Shown here one piece after another: positions 27,060 through 40,029 of a DNA stretch of 64,000 bases (positions are counted from its first letter, which is position 1; each line of letters begins with the position of its first letter). Origin of the DNA: Eledone cirrhosa (lineage: Eukaryota); assembly GCA_964016885.1 (NCBI GenBank), contig OZ024756.1, positions 32,488,001-32,552,000 on the forward strand, written 5' to 3'. The notes under the pieces are model-generated. The model saw only the letters and a program-made list of their open reading frames with translations. It was not told the origin of the DNA and made no database searches. The translations under genes were made by a program, and so were the position numbers.

Positions 27060-27760
27060 TTGTTGCTATAGCTAGTCTTGTAGTTGTAACATTAATGCTG
27101 TTGCTGTTATTGTAGGTGTTTGTGTTGCCCTTATTGAAGTTGTTGTTGTTAATCTAGGTGTATGTGTTGTAGTTATTGAACTTGCTGTTATTTTAGGTTT
27201 TTGTGTTGCTGTTTCTATTGAAGTTTCTGTTGTTGTTATTGTAGTTTTTTTTTGTTGCTGTTGTTGAAGTTGTTGTTGTTGTAGGTTTTTGTGTTGCCCT
27301 TATTGAAGTTTCTGTTGTTGTTATTGAAGTTTCTGTTGTTGTTGTTGTTTTAGATTTTTGTGTTGCCCTTATTGAAGTTTCTGTTGTTGTTGTTGTTGTT
27401 ATTGAAGTTTCTGTTGTTGTTGTTGTTATTGAAGTTTCTGTTGTTGTTGTTATTGAAGTTTATATTGTTGTTGTAGATTTTTGTGTTGCCTTTATTGAAG
27501 TTTCTGTTGTTGTTGCTGTTGTTGTTGTTGTTGTTATTGAAATTTCTGTTGTTGTTGTTGTTGTTATTGTAGGTATTTGTGTTGCTGTTATTGAAGTTTA
27601 TGTCGTTGTTGTTGTTATTGTTGTTATTGTTTTTATTTGTGTTGCTCTTATTGAAGTTTCTGTCGTTGTTGTTATTGTAGGTATTTTTGTTGCTGTTATT
27701 GTGGTTGTTGTTGTTTATATTGTTATTGTGGCTGTTCTTCATATTGTCATTAGTTCTTTT
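27060..27760. repeat. (GTT)n-based compound repeat with recurring tattgaagtttctg
   Basis: Read directly. Confidence 0.9.
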
Positions 27761-28359
27761 TCATCTACCTCCTCATCTTTCTACATCCATCTTGTTTTTG
27801 TTATTGTTTTTGTTATTGTTTCTATGTTTCATCTTCTTATACGTCTTAAGATTATATTCATCTTCAAGACCGTCATCATCGCCATGTGTTGTTAACATTA
27901 TTATTATTTAGTGTTGTTGTTGTTGTTGTTGTTAATGTCGTAAGTTTAATCTCTTTGAAAGGTCACGTGGTACAACCATTTTATACGCGTATAGTGGACT
28001 GATCTCTTCATTGCCGTACTGTTATTGCTTTCTGGATTAAAGAATTGCAAACGGTGAAACGTTTGTCCACACATACACATACTCACACGCGCCCACACAC
28101 ACACACACATTCACCTCCATACACATACACACACACACACAGACACATACATATATATATATTCACATACATATATTTAGACATACACACACATGTATAT
28201 ATATATATATATATATATATTTACACACGCATATATATATTTTTACACACACACATATATATATATTTACACACACATATATATACACGCACATACACGC
28301 ATATATATAATACATGCACACACACACATATATATATACACGCACACATAAATATATAC

Positions 28360-28413
<54 letters not shown>

Positions 28414-28499
28414 GTAGGTCCCGGGTTGAGTCGGGGATAACCACAGTAAGTAAGGTACTCAATACATGGCAGAGTAAAGTTTTTTTATTTTATAGAAGG

Positions 28500-28550
28500 A
28501 GCTTCTACAGGACTAGTACTGTTTCATTCAGATAAAATCTTCAGGAAGCT
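28500..28550 (-). ncRNA. Type I hammerhead ribozyme motif (family A)
   Basis: agcttc-CTGAAGA-ttttatctgaat-GAA-ACAG-tactagtc-CTGT-A-gaagct. Confidence 0.65.
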
Positions 28551-28556
28551 TCAGGA

Positions 28557-28607
28557 AGCTTCCTGAAGATTTCATCTGAATGAAACAGTACTAGTCCTGT
28601 AGAAGCT
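28557..28607 (+). ncRNA. Type I hammerhead ribozyme motif (family A)
   Basis: Stem I agcttc/gaagct, CTGAAGA, stem II ttc/gaa with U-U at its base, GAAA, helix III ACAG/CTGT with ACTAGT palindrome in the loop, GUA site at 28599-28601. Confidence 0.7.
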
Positions 28608-28724
28608 CCTTCTATAAAATAAAATAAAAAAAAAAAAATATATATATATATATATATACGGGCCTATATACGTGCGTATATAAATACATATGCTGGTAAA
28701 ACACTCACACATGATTATGAGTTT

Positions 28725-29030
28725 GAAGGTGCGTGGTTTAGAAGTTAGGGTATTCGGTTCAAGCTCGTAAGTTCGATTCTCGGAGGATGACGTTCTCCTG
28801 GAGCAAGAAAATATATTTCACGTTGCTCCAATTGACAAAACCTACAAAATTGACTCCTACGTATCATTCAAATGACAATTTCTGTTACGTATTGCGCCAA
28901 GCTGAATCTCCCTGGGAACAACACTGAGGGTACACGTTTGCGAAATATGAAACTACTGGCACATGTATTTCATTAGTAAGCTATTACGTTGATCAAACAG
29001 CTGGAATACTCCACAGTAGAATCGATAGAG
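28725..29030 (+). mobile_element. Degenerate SINE family 2
   Basis: A-box-like gcgtggtttagaagttaggg, B-box-like gttcgattctcgg, ctggagcaaga..tatttcacgttgctcca. Confidence 0.6.
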
Positions 29031-29147
29031 CGTACACACATACCTATATATGCACAAGTATATATACACGCGCATATGCACAAATGCACACATGCATCGC
29101 GCTCTCATCTGCACAGATATCTTTCTTTCTCATTACACACATATGTG

Positions 29148-29184
<37 letters not shown>

Positions 29185-29503
29185 ATGTATATGTATGTAC
29201 ATGTATATGTATGTATATGCATATGTATGTATATGCATCTGTATGTATATGCATCCATATGTATCTGTATATATATATATATATATATGTATCCATATAT
29301 ATGTATACAGATACATGTATGTATATATACATATATATGTATGTATACATATATGTATGTATACATATATATATATGTAATATATACATACATGTATATA
29401 TACATACATATATATACATATATATGTATACATAGATATACATATATATATATATATATGTACATGTATGCATACATATATATATATATATACATATAGA
29501 TGC

Positions 29504-29555
<52 letters not shown>

Positions 29556-29565
29556 GTATACATAC

Positions 29566-29597
<32 letters not shown>

Positions 29598-29607
29598 GTA
29601 TACATAC

Positions 29608-29645
<38 letters not shown>

Positions 29646-29726
29646 GTATGTATGCATATATATATATATATATATGTATGCATACATATATATATATATA
29701 TACATATATATATAGATGCATATATG

Positions 29727-29769
<43 letters not shown>

Positions 29770-29955
29770 ACATATATATATATATGAATGTATATATATA
29801 TATATATATGAATGTATACATATATATATATGAATGTATACATATATATATGAATGTATACATATATATGAATGCATACATATAAATATGTATATATATG
29901 AATGTATAAATATGTATACGTAAGAATGTATACATATAAAAATGTATATGTATGA

Positions 29956-29989
<34 letters not shown>

Positions 29990-30430
29990 GGTGGAGTTCG
30001 ATATTTGGAGAATGTGACCCAATTCTTTCATTTATCGATCGATGACAGTTAACTTATCGCATTAATGCCTTCGGGGAATGTTATAGTTTTCACTCTTCAC
30101 CATATATATATATTGCCTTCCATAAGGTTCTTTACACAGACACACAGACATAAGCACAGACAGACAGACAGGGAGATATATCGGTAAGGTGACAAATATA
30201 CTGCGTATGAGAGTTTGAATGAATAACGATCTAATAATTTGAAAATTGAAAACACATATATTAACAATTATATGAAGATATATCTTCATTAGATATGTTG
30301 ACGTTTAATGAAACCACCGGTAATATATGAACGTGAGTCAAAGTAGTTATACATATATGAGAAGAATCAAGGAAGAACAACACGTGGAAAACAATATAAT
30401 ACAATGGTGATATATATATTATTTTAGTGT

Positions 30431-30616
30431 ATTGGCACTATCGGTAGATGGTCGGACGCCATGCTTTCACGCATAGAAACTACGGCCCCTTCCATTCTGA
30501 GTTCAAATCCCACCGAGGTCAACTTTGCCTTTCATCCTCACGGGGACGATAAAATAAAGTACCAGTAATGCACTGGGTAATTGCTGGCCTTGTGCCTAAA
30601 GTTGAAACAACTATTA
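30431..30616 (+). mobile_element. SINE family 1
   Basis: Full-length match. Confidence 0.88.
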
Positions 30617-30780
30617 TAGTGTTTACTATCGTTGGAAAAGAGCCTTAACATTTCGGGTGTTAATCCTTCAACTGAAAAGTAGATTGAAAGATATGGGAAA
30701 GTAAAAAAAGAGAAAGAACGGGATTTTTTCACCGAAAAGAAAACAAGTATGTAGTTAGTCAGTATGTAGTTATATATATT

Positions 30781-31232
30781 CTAGGGCGGGAAAAATTCCC
30801 GAGATCCATGGACGAGTTCTCTCCAGCAGTCTCTGTCCCTCATTATCGCTGCCATGTCCTGTGTATCCAAAAGACCAGTGTCTGTCCTTAGGGCATCAAC
30901 ATACGTTAACCTTGGTCTTCCTCTTCCAGTGTGTCCATGTAGGGGCTCCCACAGGAACACTGAATGCAATGTCAACTCTGGATGTCGGTGGGCATGTCCA
31001 GCTAACCCCAGTCTCCTCTATGTCACTTTTGAGCTGACTTTTGGGAGGCTCCCGTACAGCTCTGAGTTTTTCATCCTCAGTGTATACTGATTAATGTTCA
31101 GAGCCATCCTCAGCATTCTCGTGTAGCACCCATCCACCAACTGAGTGAGTTTCTTGGTCAGTGTCCAAGTCTCAGACCCGCACAGCAGCACAGACTCTAC
31201 TACAGCAACGAAGAGGCGGATTTTCAGGCCTT
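30781..31232 (-). mobile_element. 5'-truncated RTE-clade LINE, C-terminal ORF remnant
   Basis: LKIRLFVAVVESVLLCGSETWTLTKK...LVDGCYTRMLRMALNI...*RRLGLAGHAHRHPEL...LWEPLHGHTGRGRPRLTYVDALRTDTG...MRDRDCWR; one in-frame stop. Confidence 0.9.
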
Positions 31233-31252
31233 ATATATATATATAGAGAGAG

Positions 31253-31447
31253 AGAAATGGCTTCTACAGAACTAGAAATGTTTCATTCGGAAGAAATCAT
31301 CAGGAAATCATCCGGCTTCCTGAGTATTTCTCCCGAATGAAACAGTTCTAGTCCTGTATAAGCCATTTCTATATACAATAGTTATACTCTGCTCTGTATT
31401 GAGTACCTTACTTACTGTGGTTACCCCTGATTGAACCCGGGATACAT
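31253..31447. mobile_element. Family A fold-back element with degenerate hammerheads
   Basis: Minus arm CTGATGA...GAAACAT...CTGTAgaagcc; plus arm ggcttc-CTGAGTA...GAAACAG...CTGTA; shared tail tgtattgagtaccttacttactgtggtta. Confidence 0.75.
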
Positions 31448-31466
31448 TTATATATGTGTGTGTATT

Positions 31467-31553
<87 letters not shown>

Positions 31554-32153
31554 ATATATGTGTGTGTGTCTGTTAGCATATGTTTGTATGTATTACATAC
31601 TTAGTTTGTTTAGAAAGTTCAAAAGGGATTCTTTAATTTAATCGATTTAACGATGTTAAACTATATCAAAATTAGATATTATATAGACATGTGATACGTT
31701 GATACGCTTGAGGTTATTCTGACACAGGTGCAAAGTAAAGAAAAACGCAATCGCTAGATATTTAAAAAAACTGTAAAATTTCAATCATAAATATGGTGGG
31801 TGGGATTGAAAATTGTAGCGGGGAAACAGCAGTAATGAATTGCTACTGTCAAAGATAACATTTATGTACGTTTATCTGGCATTCTATGAAATTGTAATTC
31901 ATAGATGAGTTTTTTGGGGGGTTGGGGGTGGGGGTGGCTACACCTTAATGATAGGGACCTCGGTCCTATCATCAATAATGAGAGGGGGAAATGCATTACA
32001 AAGTACTTAGGAATATGTATTGATCTGTGTTACATAGTGTTCAATGGGACGGGAATAAATCATTAATGATAGGAAATCATAGAAAGAAATTTAGACCTGA
32101 TATTGAGATAAATATCAGATTGCATCGTGAAATCTAATCTGTGTTTTTATGAA

Positions 32154-32172
32154 TGTATAATCGAAAAGAAAC

Positions 32173-32208
<36 letters not shown>

Positions 32209-32227
32209 GTTTCTTTTCGATTATACA
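32154..32227. repeat. Perfect palindrome: 20-bp unique arms around (TA)17
   Basis: tgtataatcgaaaagaaacg-(TA)n-cgtttcttttcgattataca. Confidence 0.92.
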
Positions 32228-32377
32228 CTGCCGACAGCTATATCTGATTTGCTAAGCTGTCTGAACGTATTGTTATTACTCTGGGGTTCTTTTCCCCATC
32301 TGAGTGCTAAAGCTACAGACCGATTCTGCATTCGTTAGCTTGGCCGTGTTCTAAAGCTTCGTTAATGCTGTACTAAA

Positions 32378-32428
<51 letters not shown>

Positions 32429-33982
32429 TACATACATATATATATATATATATATACACTTACATATATATATATATATATACTTATATACGCGCGCACA
32501 TATAGATGTGGTTAACGACTCTTTCATACATGCGCAACGAATTTCCTGTTTTGAATTTTCTCTTAGAATCATCTCAAATTTTCTTAAGGAGTTCGTTTGG
32601 AACAACAAAGTTTCAAGTTTCATAACTTTGTCACGGTTTCTAGACCCTCACCGTGCCATCTTCGTGGGTTTGCGGGGTTTTTTTTTTTTCACAGCTTCTT
32701 TCATTGGAGGCATATGCATCTCATGCTGTTCTTGCTTTGCCAATATTGTATTGTTTTTCTTACGGATTTTGTCACGTCACAAAATACATGATTTAATACT
32801 ATGCTACATATCTTTCTTATATTAAAATACAGATAATTGAATATAAAATTGTTATCAATTACATTCTTTTCATTTTTCTATTTTAGGTGAGTACTCATTA
32901 TTTGATACAGCGTTTGTTGTGAGTATGTGGCATTTGTTTCACCTTTTTTCGTTTATGTTACAATTCTGACATACATTTGTATTGATAAACTATATGTTTA
33001 AAAAATCCCGGATAATAGATTGAGACGCTCTTTTGTTTTTGAACAATTGATATATTTGTATATATGAAAAATCGTTATATATATATTATGTATTGGGATA
33101 TTTGAAATTGCAACCGAATGGTCATGCTCTTTTCCGAGCAGGCCCTGGATTTGAATTGAAACTAGTGACAATTGTTTGAAAGGCTTGTATCTACATTGCT
33201 ATATCAGAATAAACATCGGATTGTCTTGCTTTCCTTCTTTACGTGTCCATTATGAGTCGATCAACGGGGGGAGAGTATTTGGTCACGATGTGGGCACTAC
33301 TTTTTTAGCCGACTTCCGTTTATCGATTCAGAGAGAGAGAGAAAGGGAGAGAGAAATAGAGGGATAAAAAAGGGCGCCATCAACCTACATTGGTTGACTG
33401 ATAATTCCTTGATCGATCGCTAAGGGAAGAAGCGGCCAATGATAGCCACGGGGTATCGTGGGGATTTGAACTCAGAATGCAGAGAACCAGAATGAATACC
33501 GAAAAAAATTCCTCTCTTACGCTCTAATGAACCTGGCATTTCACAGCCTAATGTGAGCGTGAGAACTCATAATATAAACGTAGTTGAAAATCTAAGTATC
33601 ATGAAGATATCAGTGTTGTACTATCAGAAGGGACAGCCGTCATTTTGAGATCAATATATTTATATATATTTCCAACACAAACGATGTTGTAAAGCGCAGA
33701 TGCTAGAATTGTCTGCTCAGTTTCATAAACTACATTCTGTCGTGAAAATAATTACTTCAGTTCCAGACGGACTAATAAAAAAACAAAAACATTATCACAC
33801 CCGCCATTTAACAGTCACACCTGCACGCATATTAACAATGTATGTATGTATGTATGCATTCATACATACATATAAGTATATGTAACTGCACGTTACATTC
33901 CCTGTATAATATATATATATATATATATCTGTGTGTGTGTGTGTGTGCAATATTTATACATATATGCATCTATACACGCACA

Positions 33983-34043
<61 letters not shown>

Positions 34044-34057
34044 GCGTGTATGTGTGT

Positions 34058-34112
<55 letters not shown>

Positions 34113-34480
34113 ATGTAGTTACTCGAAGGCTTGTGAATATTGTAGAAAAACAGTATTTTAGAAGTCTACAGCAACGCAAGTAGAACATTAAATATTAAAA
34201 CAATGACAACAAAGGTGTTGGAATGTTGCATTGGAGATATTTAATTAGTCTTTAGTATATTTCGGAAGAAAATTTCTCTTATCAAAAGAAAACGTTTGGT
34301 AACTATATCAAAGGAGAAAAAAAAATTTGCTTTGTTATGATGAACTGTTTAACAATAGACGGAGTTAGACGATCAGGTGATAAAGAGGAATACGATTGTT
34401 ATATTCTTAGTATTAGCTGCGGCTATATCTCTAAGCGGATGTTTAAAGAATGTGATGCATGTTGACGATAAGTGACAGTG

Positions 34481-34591
<111 letters not shown>

Positions 34592-34601
34592 GTAAAGGGT
34601 A

Positions 34602-34780
34602 GACAGAAATAAACAAAACAATCGGTACAGTATGCGGTAGGAATATATTAGGTTAACGCTTGAAATAGCAGAAAGAGGGTCTTAACTTTTCGGATGATAG
34701 TCCTTCAACAGAAGGAATAATGAGAAATTAGAAAGATTGAAGAGACGGGTAGGTTCGAATAGGAAAAAATATTTTAGAGA
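34602..34780 (-). mobile_element. Family B element with degenerate hammerhead
   Basis: Reverse complement reads CTGTTGAAGGACTATCATCCGAAAAGTTAAGACCCTC. Confidence 0.7.
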
Positions 34781-34949
34781 AAAATACCAGGTCCATTCAT
34801 GTTGCCTTCATTTGGTACTCTGCCCAAAAGGCAAGTTTGGTATACTGTTAGGAGTCTTCATCACGAGTTGAACAACCATTCGGATGAAACACGTGTCCTC
34901 AATTATGGTTTGTTAATTTGTTGTGAAACTCTCTCTCTCTGTATGCATA

Positions 34950-34996
<47 letters not shown>

Positions 34997-35003
<7 letters not shown>

Positions 35004-35705
35004 GAGAAGAAAGAAGAATACTGTGTGGTTGCACATGGGTTACATATGATAAAAATAGTCCTTCGTCAGTGATTTTCCAACCATCATCGCATTAAAAATC
35101 AGATACCTCAGGTTGGTGCGAGCAATAAGTAAAAAAATTTATTGGGACCAGAATTCGCGTAAAACGAGGGGGACAAGTAAACAACATAGAAGGATAAAAG
35201 CAAACCGAAGATAGGAAAATAAACAAGCAACATGGTTGTCCGGTCAGCATAAACTGGGTGGGTTTCATGAGCAGGAGAGGTACAGACCCTCCGATGTGTG
35301 TGAGATGTAAGCAAGAAGAGACCCACTACAAGCCAAACGGGAGGAAATGAGAAGGGGAGAAACAGAGAGTGAGTGAGTGGAAGTGTGAGGAAGAGGTCAG
35401 TCGAGAGAAAGTGTAACTGACAGAGGGGGCGAAAGAAGGTGAGAGAAACAGAGAGAGCGGGGAAGCAGTAAGAGAGAAACAGACAAACGCAGCCGAGGTA
35501 AATATATATAAAAAACATGAGAAGAAAGAAGAATACTGCGTGGTTGCGCATGGGTTACATATGATAAAAATAGTCCTTCGTCAGTGATTTTCTACCCATC
35601 ATTGGTATTTCATCGCATTAAAAATCAGATATCTCAGGTTGGTGCGAGCAATAACTAAAAAAAGTTATTGGGACTAGTGATTCGCGTAAAGCGAGGGGGA
35701 CAAAT
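34997..35705. mobile_element. Family H element with tandem ~190-bp terminal repeat
   Basis: 34997-35180 is repeated at 35511-35705; starts at (TA)n. Confidence 0.75.
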
Positions 35706-35995
35706 AAATATGCTCACTCGCATTAAAACATCAATCATATTGATTTTCAGATGTATAACATTTTATATCAACTCGTTGTCATTATATTTATCACAGTGAA
35801 GTGCATCAGAAAGTTCACGTAACCAACGCTGCGGGTCATACATTATATATCTCCTTTCAATTAAAACAAAATTCTGAATGTAAAAGAAACTAAAGTAAAT
35901 ACATTCTCGTTCTTTCAGATATGTCATATACATGCACAAAACACATACATAGCTAGATATTCATACGCATATATATATATATATGTGTATGTGTA

Positions 35996-36036
<41 letters not shown>

Positions 36037-36057
36037 TTTACACACATACATGTGTAT

Positions 36058-36089
<32 letters not shown>

Positions 36090-36107
36090 TTTACACACAT
36101 ACATGTG

Positions 36108-36151
<44 letters not shown>

Positions 36152-36402
36152 TTTATGTTTCCACTACTCATATTTAAGAAATTCTTTTACCAAACAATAC
36201 GAATTTGTTTTAGCTCATATTGGAAATATCCAAAATAAATAACAGCGAGAATAAAACATTTTCCACAAGAAAACAACGTACCCCCTCATCTCCAAATAAA
36301 ACTCACGACCTTATAATATTTAGTACAACACCCAATATAATTACCGTCCTCGTAAGTATAGTAACATAACTAGTAAGCCACACATCTTAATTGTATTTAG
36401 TA

Positions 36403-36432
36403 CTAGCAGAATCGCGCGGCATTGCTCGGGAT
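36403..36432 (-). mobile_element. Helitron-like 3' terminus
   Basis: Minus strand CCCGAGCAATGCCGCGCG imperfect GC-rich hairpin, then attctgCTAG followed by T; upstream extent undetermined. Confidence 0.5.
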
Positions 36433-36765
36433 TTGCTCTAGGGTTCTTTTATAATTGATATATATTTATCCTTATCGAGTCTCGTGAAATAAATACGTTT
36501 GTTTCTTTTTTGTTATTGTGTATGCAAAAATATCTGTACACGAATATATGATTATATATATATATGTCATTCATATATATTTTTATTTGTCTGACCCGAA
36601 TTTTCTTGGCTGTGCGAATGATTGTTTAAGCATCGTCTCAGTGTGTTGGTATTAAGCGTTAGTTATAGCTCTGGTTCATCCAAACTATTGAGCACTTTGC
36701 CACACATTTCGAAGATTGTGTTTCGTTATTTCGTGGTCCGAGGTTCCGATTCTCGATAATTTATT

Positions 36766-36826
<61 letters not shown>

Positions 36827-36907
36827 CATGAGAAGAAAGAAGAATACTGCGTGGTTTGCACACGGGTTACATATGATAAAAATAGTCCTTCGTCAGTGAT
36901 TTTCCAA

Positions 36908-36946
<39 letters not shown>

Positions 36947-37943
36947 TTATATAAATTTATATCTTAAAATAACAGATTAAAGTTTAAGCAAAGAATCGCT
37001 GCTTTCACCCTTAACGGGATTTACTATCTTTTGCATCATAGAACCAAATGTCTCCGTCGAGTTTGTTATCAAAAGAGCTTGCAATAGAATTCCCGCCTTC
37101 TAATATGAAGGATACTGTTTGATGTGTGCAGCTGTGCTCTGTTCTTCACTATCCGTAGATTTAGATTCGCGTATCTCTAATGTAAAAAAAGAAAAAATGA
37201 TATATATTCTATCTATTTGTATCTGTCCTCTATAAACAAAGGGAACCCCAAAATAAATAACACATGGAAATGTCAACGTTCCGTGAGGACGGAGACCAGC
37301 AGGTTTGAATTAGATGTAGGTTAAATTACATTTTCTATTTTCTTTAACGCTACATATGGTTTCTGACTGATTACTAATGTACAATATAACAGTCATACGA
37401 TACTTCGTTTTCTATTAAATGGAGAGGTTCGTCGTGATGAAACCGAACGAAGTGAGTCAGGCCTGGGACTTTCACATACCACAGTGTTATGTGTGCTATA
37501 CACATACACACACACGTACATATATATACACACACAGCGACAAACACTCAAATACATATTCATTAGAACTTTAACAACTTTTGAAATACATATGTATCTA
37601 TTTATTCCTCCATCTATCTATATGTCTATATATAAATATATATATATAATGTATATGTATGTATAGAGAGTGAGATATATTAGAAACTTTAGGCTATATA
37701 ATTGCTGTTATAGTTTTATATATTGACTTGGCTAGGTTTTTACAAGAGTCTTACTTTCAAGTCACTAATGGATATTAGACATACCGGAAATGTTGTCTCG
37801 AATGAAAAAAAGTTCTTTCGACTGTAAAATGTCTATTTAAACTATATGTTTAGCCTTAGAGGCATCACCGTTTTACATAGTATGCAATACCGTGTCAATA
37901 CGAACTTTGAATCTATTTTATATATATATACATATATATATAT

Positions 37944-38064
37944 ACATAAATATATATATATATATGGGGGGGGGGGGTGTATATTTATATATTTATGCGT
38001 GATTATATATATATGTGTGAGTATATATTTATATATTTATATGTGAGTATATATTTATATGTGA

Positions 38065-38160
<96 letters not shown>

Positions 38161-38175
38161 GTGTGTGTGTATATA

Positions 38176-38209
<34 letters not shown>

Positions 38210-38236
38210 CATATAGATATATATATATATACACAC

Positions 38237-38275
<39 letters not shown>

Positions 38276-38369
38276 CTCACATATAAATATATAAATATAT
38301 ACTCACACATATATATATAATCACGCATAAATATATAAATATACACCCCCCCCCATATATATATACATT

Positions 38370-38372
<3 letters not shown>
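37944..38372. repeat. Inverted duplication of a microsatellite-derived segment
   Basis: G-run-gtgtatatttatatatttatgcgtgatta...gtgtgagt is mirrored as actcacac...taatcacgcataaatatataaatatacac-C-run. Confidence 0.88.
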
Positions 38373-38418
<46 letters not shown>

Positions 38419-38992
38419 ATACATACATACATGTGTGTGTGTATGTTTTAGGATAAATGATGAATTGTCAATTTTATTTTTCTGAGTCAAATCATAGTAT
38501 CAATGTCTAATGTGATGCATTGTGGTTTGTATTTCAGATAGTTATTAAGTAATTAGTATAAGGATATATATATGAGTTAGGTAAGGGATGTAAATTATAA
38601 CTACATTGTTATTTTACCTGGGGCGTGTTTACTCGAAAAAATATTTCAATTTTTCTTACAGAATAAAATAATGTTACTCGATATCTTTTTAAAGTTATTT
38701 TCTGCTGACGTCATTGCACAAACGTTTTCTTTTTAAATTAATTGTAAATGTGCTAATGTCTTACGGCAGAAATCTTGCTTCGGATGTCTAGGTGCATAAA
38801 GTCAATGATCTAATGATGTTTCAGTTCATAAATTTCAGTAGACATACATATTTTGGGGCTGACATGGCTGTGTGGTTAAAGAGGTCGCTTCGTAAATATA
38901 AATTTTTGGTTTCATTTCTGTGTTTGTGTAGGTGTATGTAGATATATATATATGTATACATATTTCAATATAAATATGTATACATCTATGTA

Positions 38993-39076
<84 letters not shown>

Positions 39077-39079
<3 letters not shown>

Positions 39080-39266
39080 CGAAGGAAGAGTGGTAGGGAA
39101 CCAGATGGACCATAACGCACCAGAGTACTCAATACTTAGGGTAGTAGAGGGGGTAATAGGAAAAAGTTTGACCTAAACCTCAAGCCGTTTCGACGGCTAT
39201 TTCTGGACTCCAGAAATAGCCGTCGAAACGGCTTGAGCTCTGCCGTCTGGGTCAAACTTTTTCCTA
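39077..39266. mobile_element. Family D palindromic element, second copy in opposite orientation
   Basis: Palindrome centred near 39208 (ctgga-c-tccag); tail homologous to 19012-19093. Confidence 0.75.
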
Positions 39267-40029
39267 TATATATATATATGTATATATGTTTGTATAGGCG
39301 GCTAATTGGCAGAGTCATTAGAATAAAGAATGCTTTATGGTATTCCTTTCGGTTTTCTGCTCTCTGAGTTCAAACCTGAGGAGATTAACTTTGCATTTCT
39401 TCCTTTCGAGATCGATAAAAAAGTACCAGTCAAGTACAGGGAAATCATTATATAGTTACATCAACAGCAGTAACAACAGCGGTAATAACATCAACAACAG
39501 TATAATGTGTTTCTATTTGATCGGTGTAATTTTGGCTCAGTTCTAGCCAGCCGTGAAACATCGATAGGGAGAGTGTGAGAGATGGAGGCGATGACAGTGG
39601 GAGTTCGTCTCCTCTGTGCTCGGACCTGGTATCCAACAAATTGTAAAAATCTTTACAAGATGCGCAGTTAAAATAACTACGTCTATTATACTATCTAGAT
39701 AGAGCGTGTTCCATATAGCTTCATTATTCTGTGTTACTGATAATAGTTTCTCCACTTTCAGAGAACTTTTCCCGGCAACACACCACATCACCTAACACGC
39801 CATCATATATCAATCTGTTTATCAGCAACATTTCTATCCTTTTCACATCTACTAGAAATTTACTCGCTTCTACCCCGTTTCTTCTTTCCATTTTATTTCC
39901 CCACTCTGTACTCCACACCTTCCTTCTCACTTTCTTCACCATTGTCTCTTTCGTTATCAATTTCGTTGTTCTCATTATCGCTGGCGTTTTTCTCCTTCAT
40001 TATCATACCTGTGAGTATATATATATAGA

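Larger units (their letters stand above)
28412..28630. mobile_element. Family A fold-back element
   Basis: Palindrome ~28484-28626 plus tail shared with 31380-31447 and 10963-11012; set within (TA)n. Confidence 0.8.
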
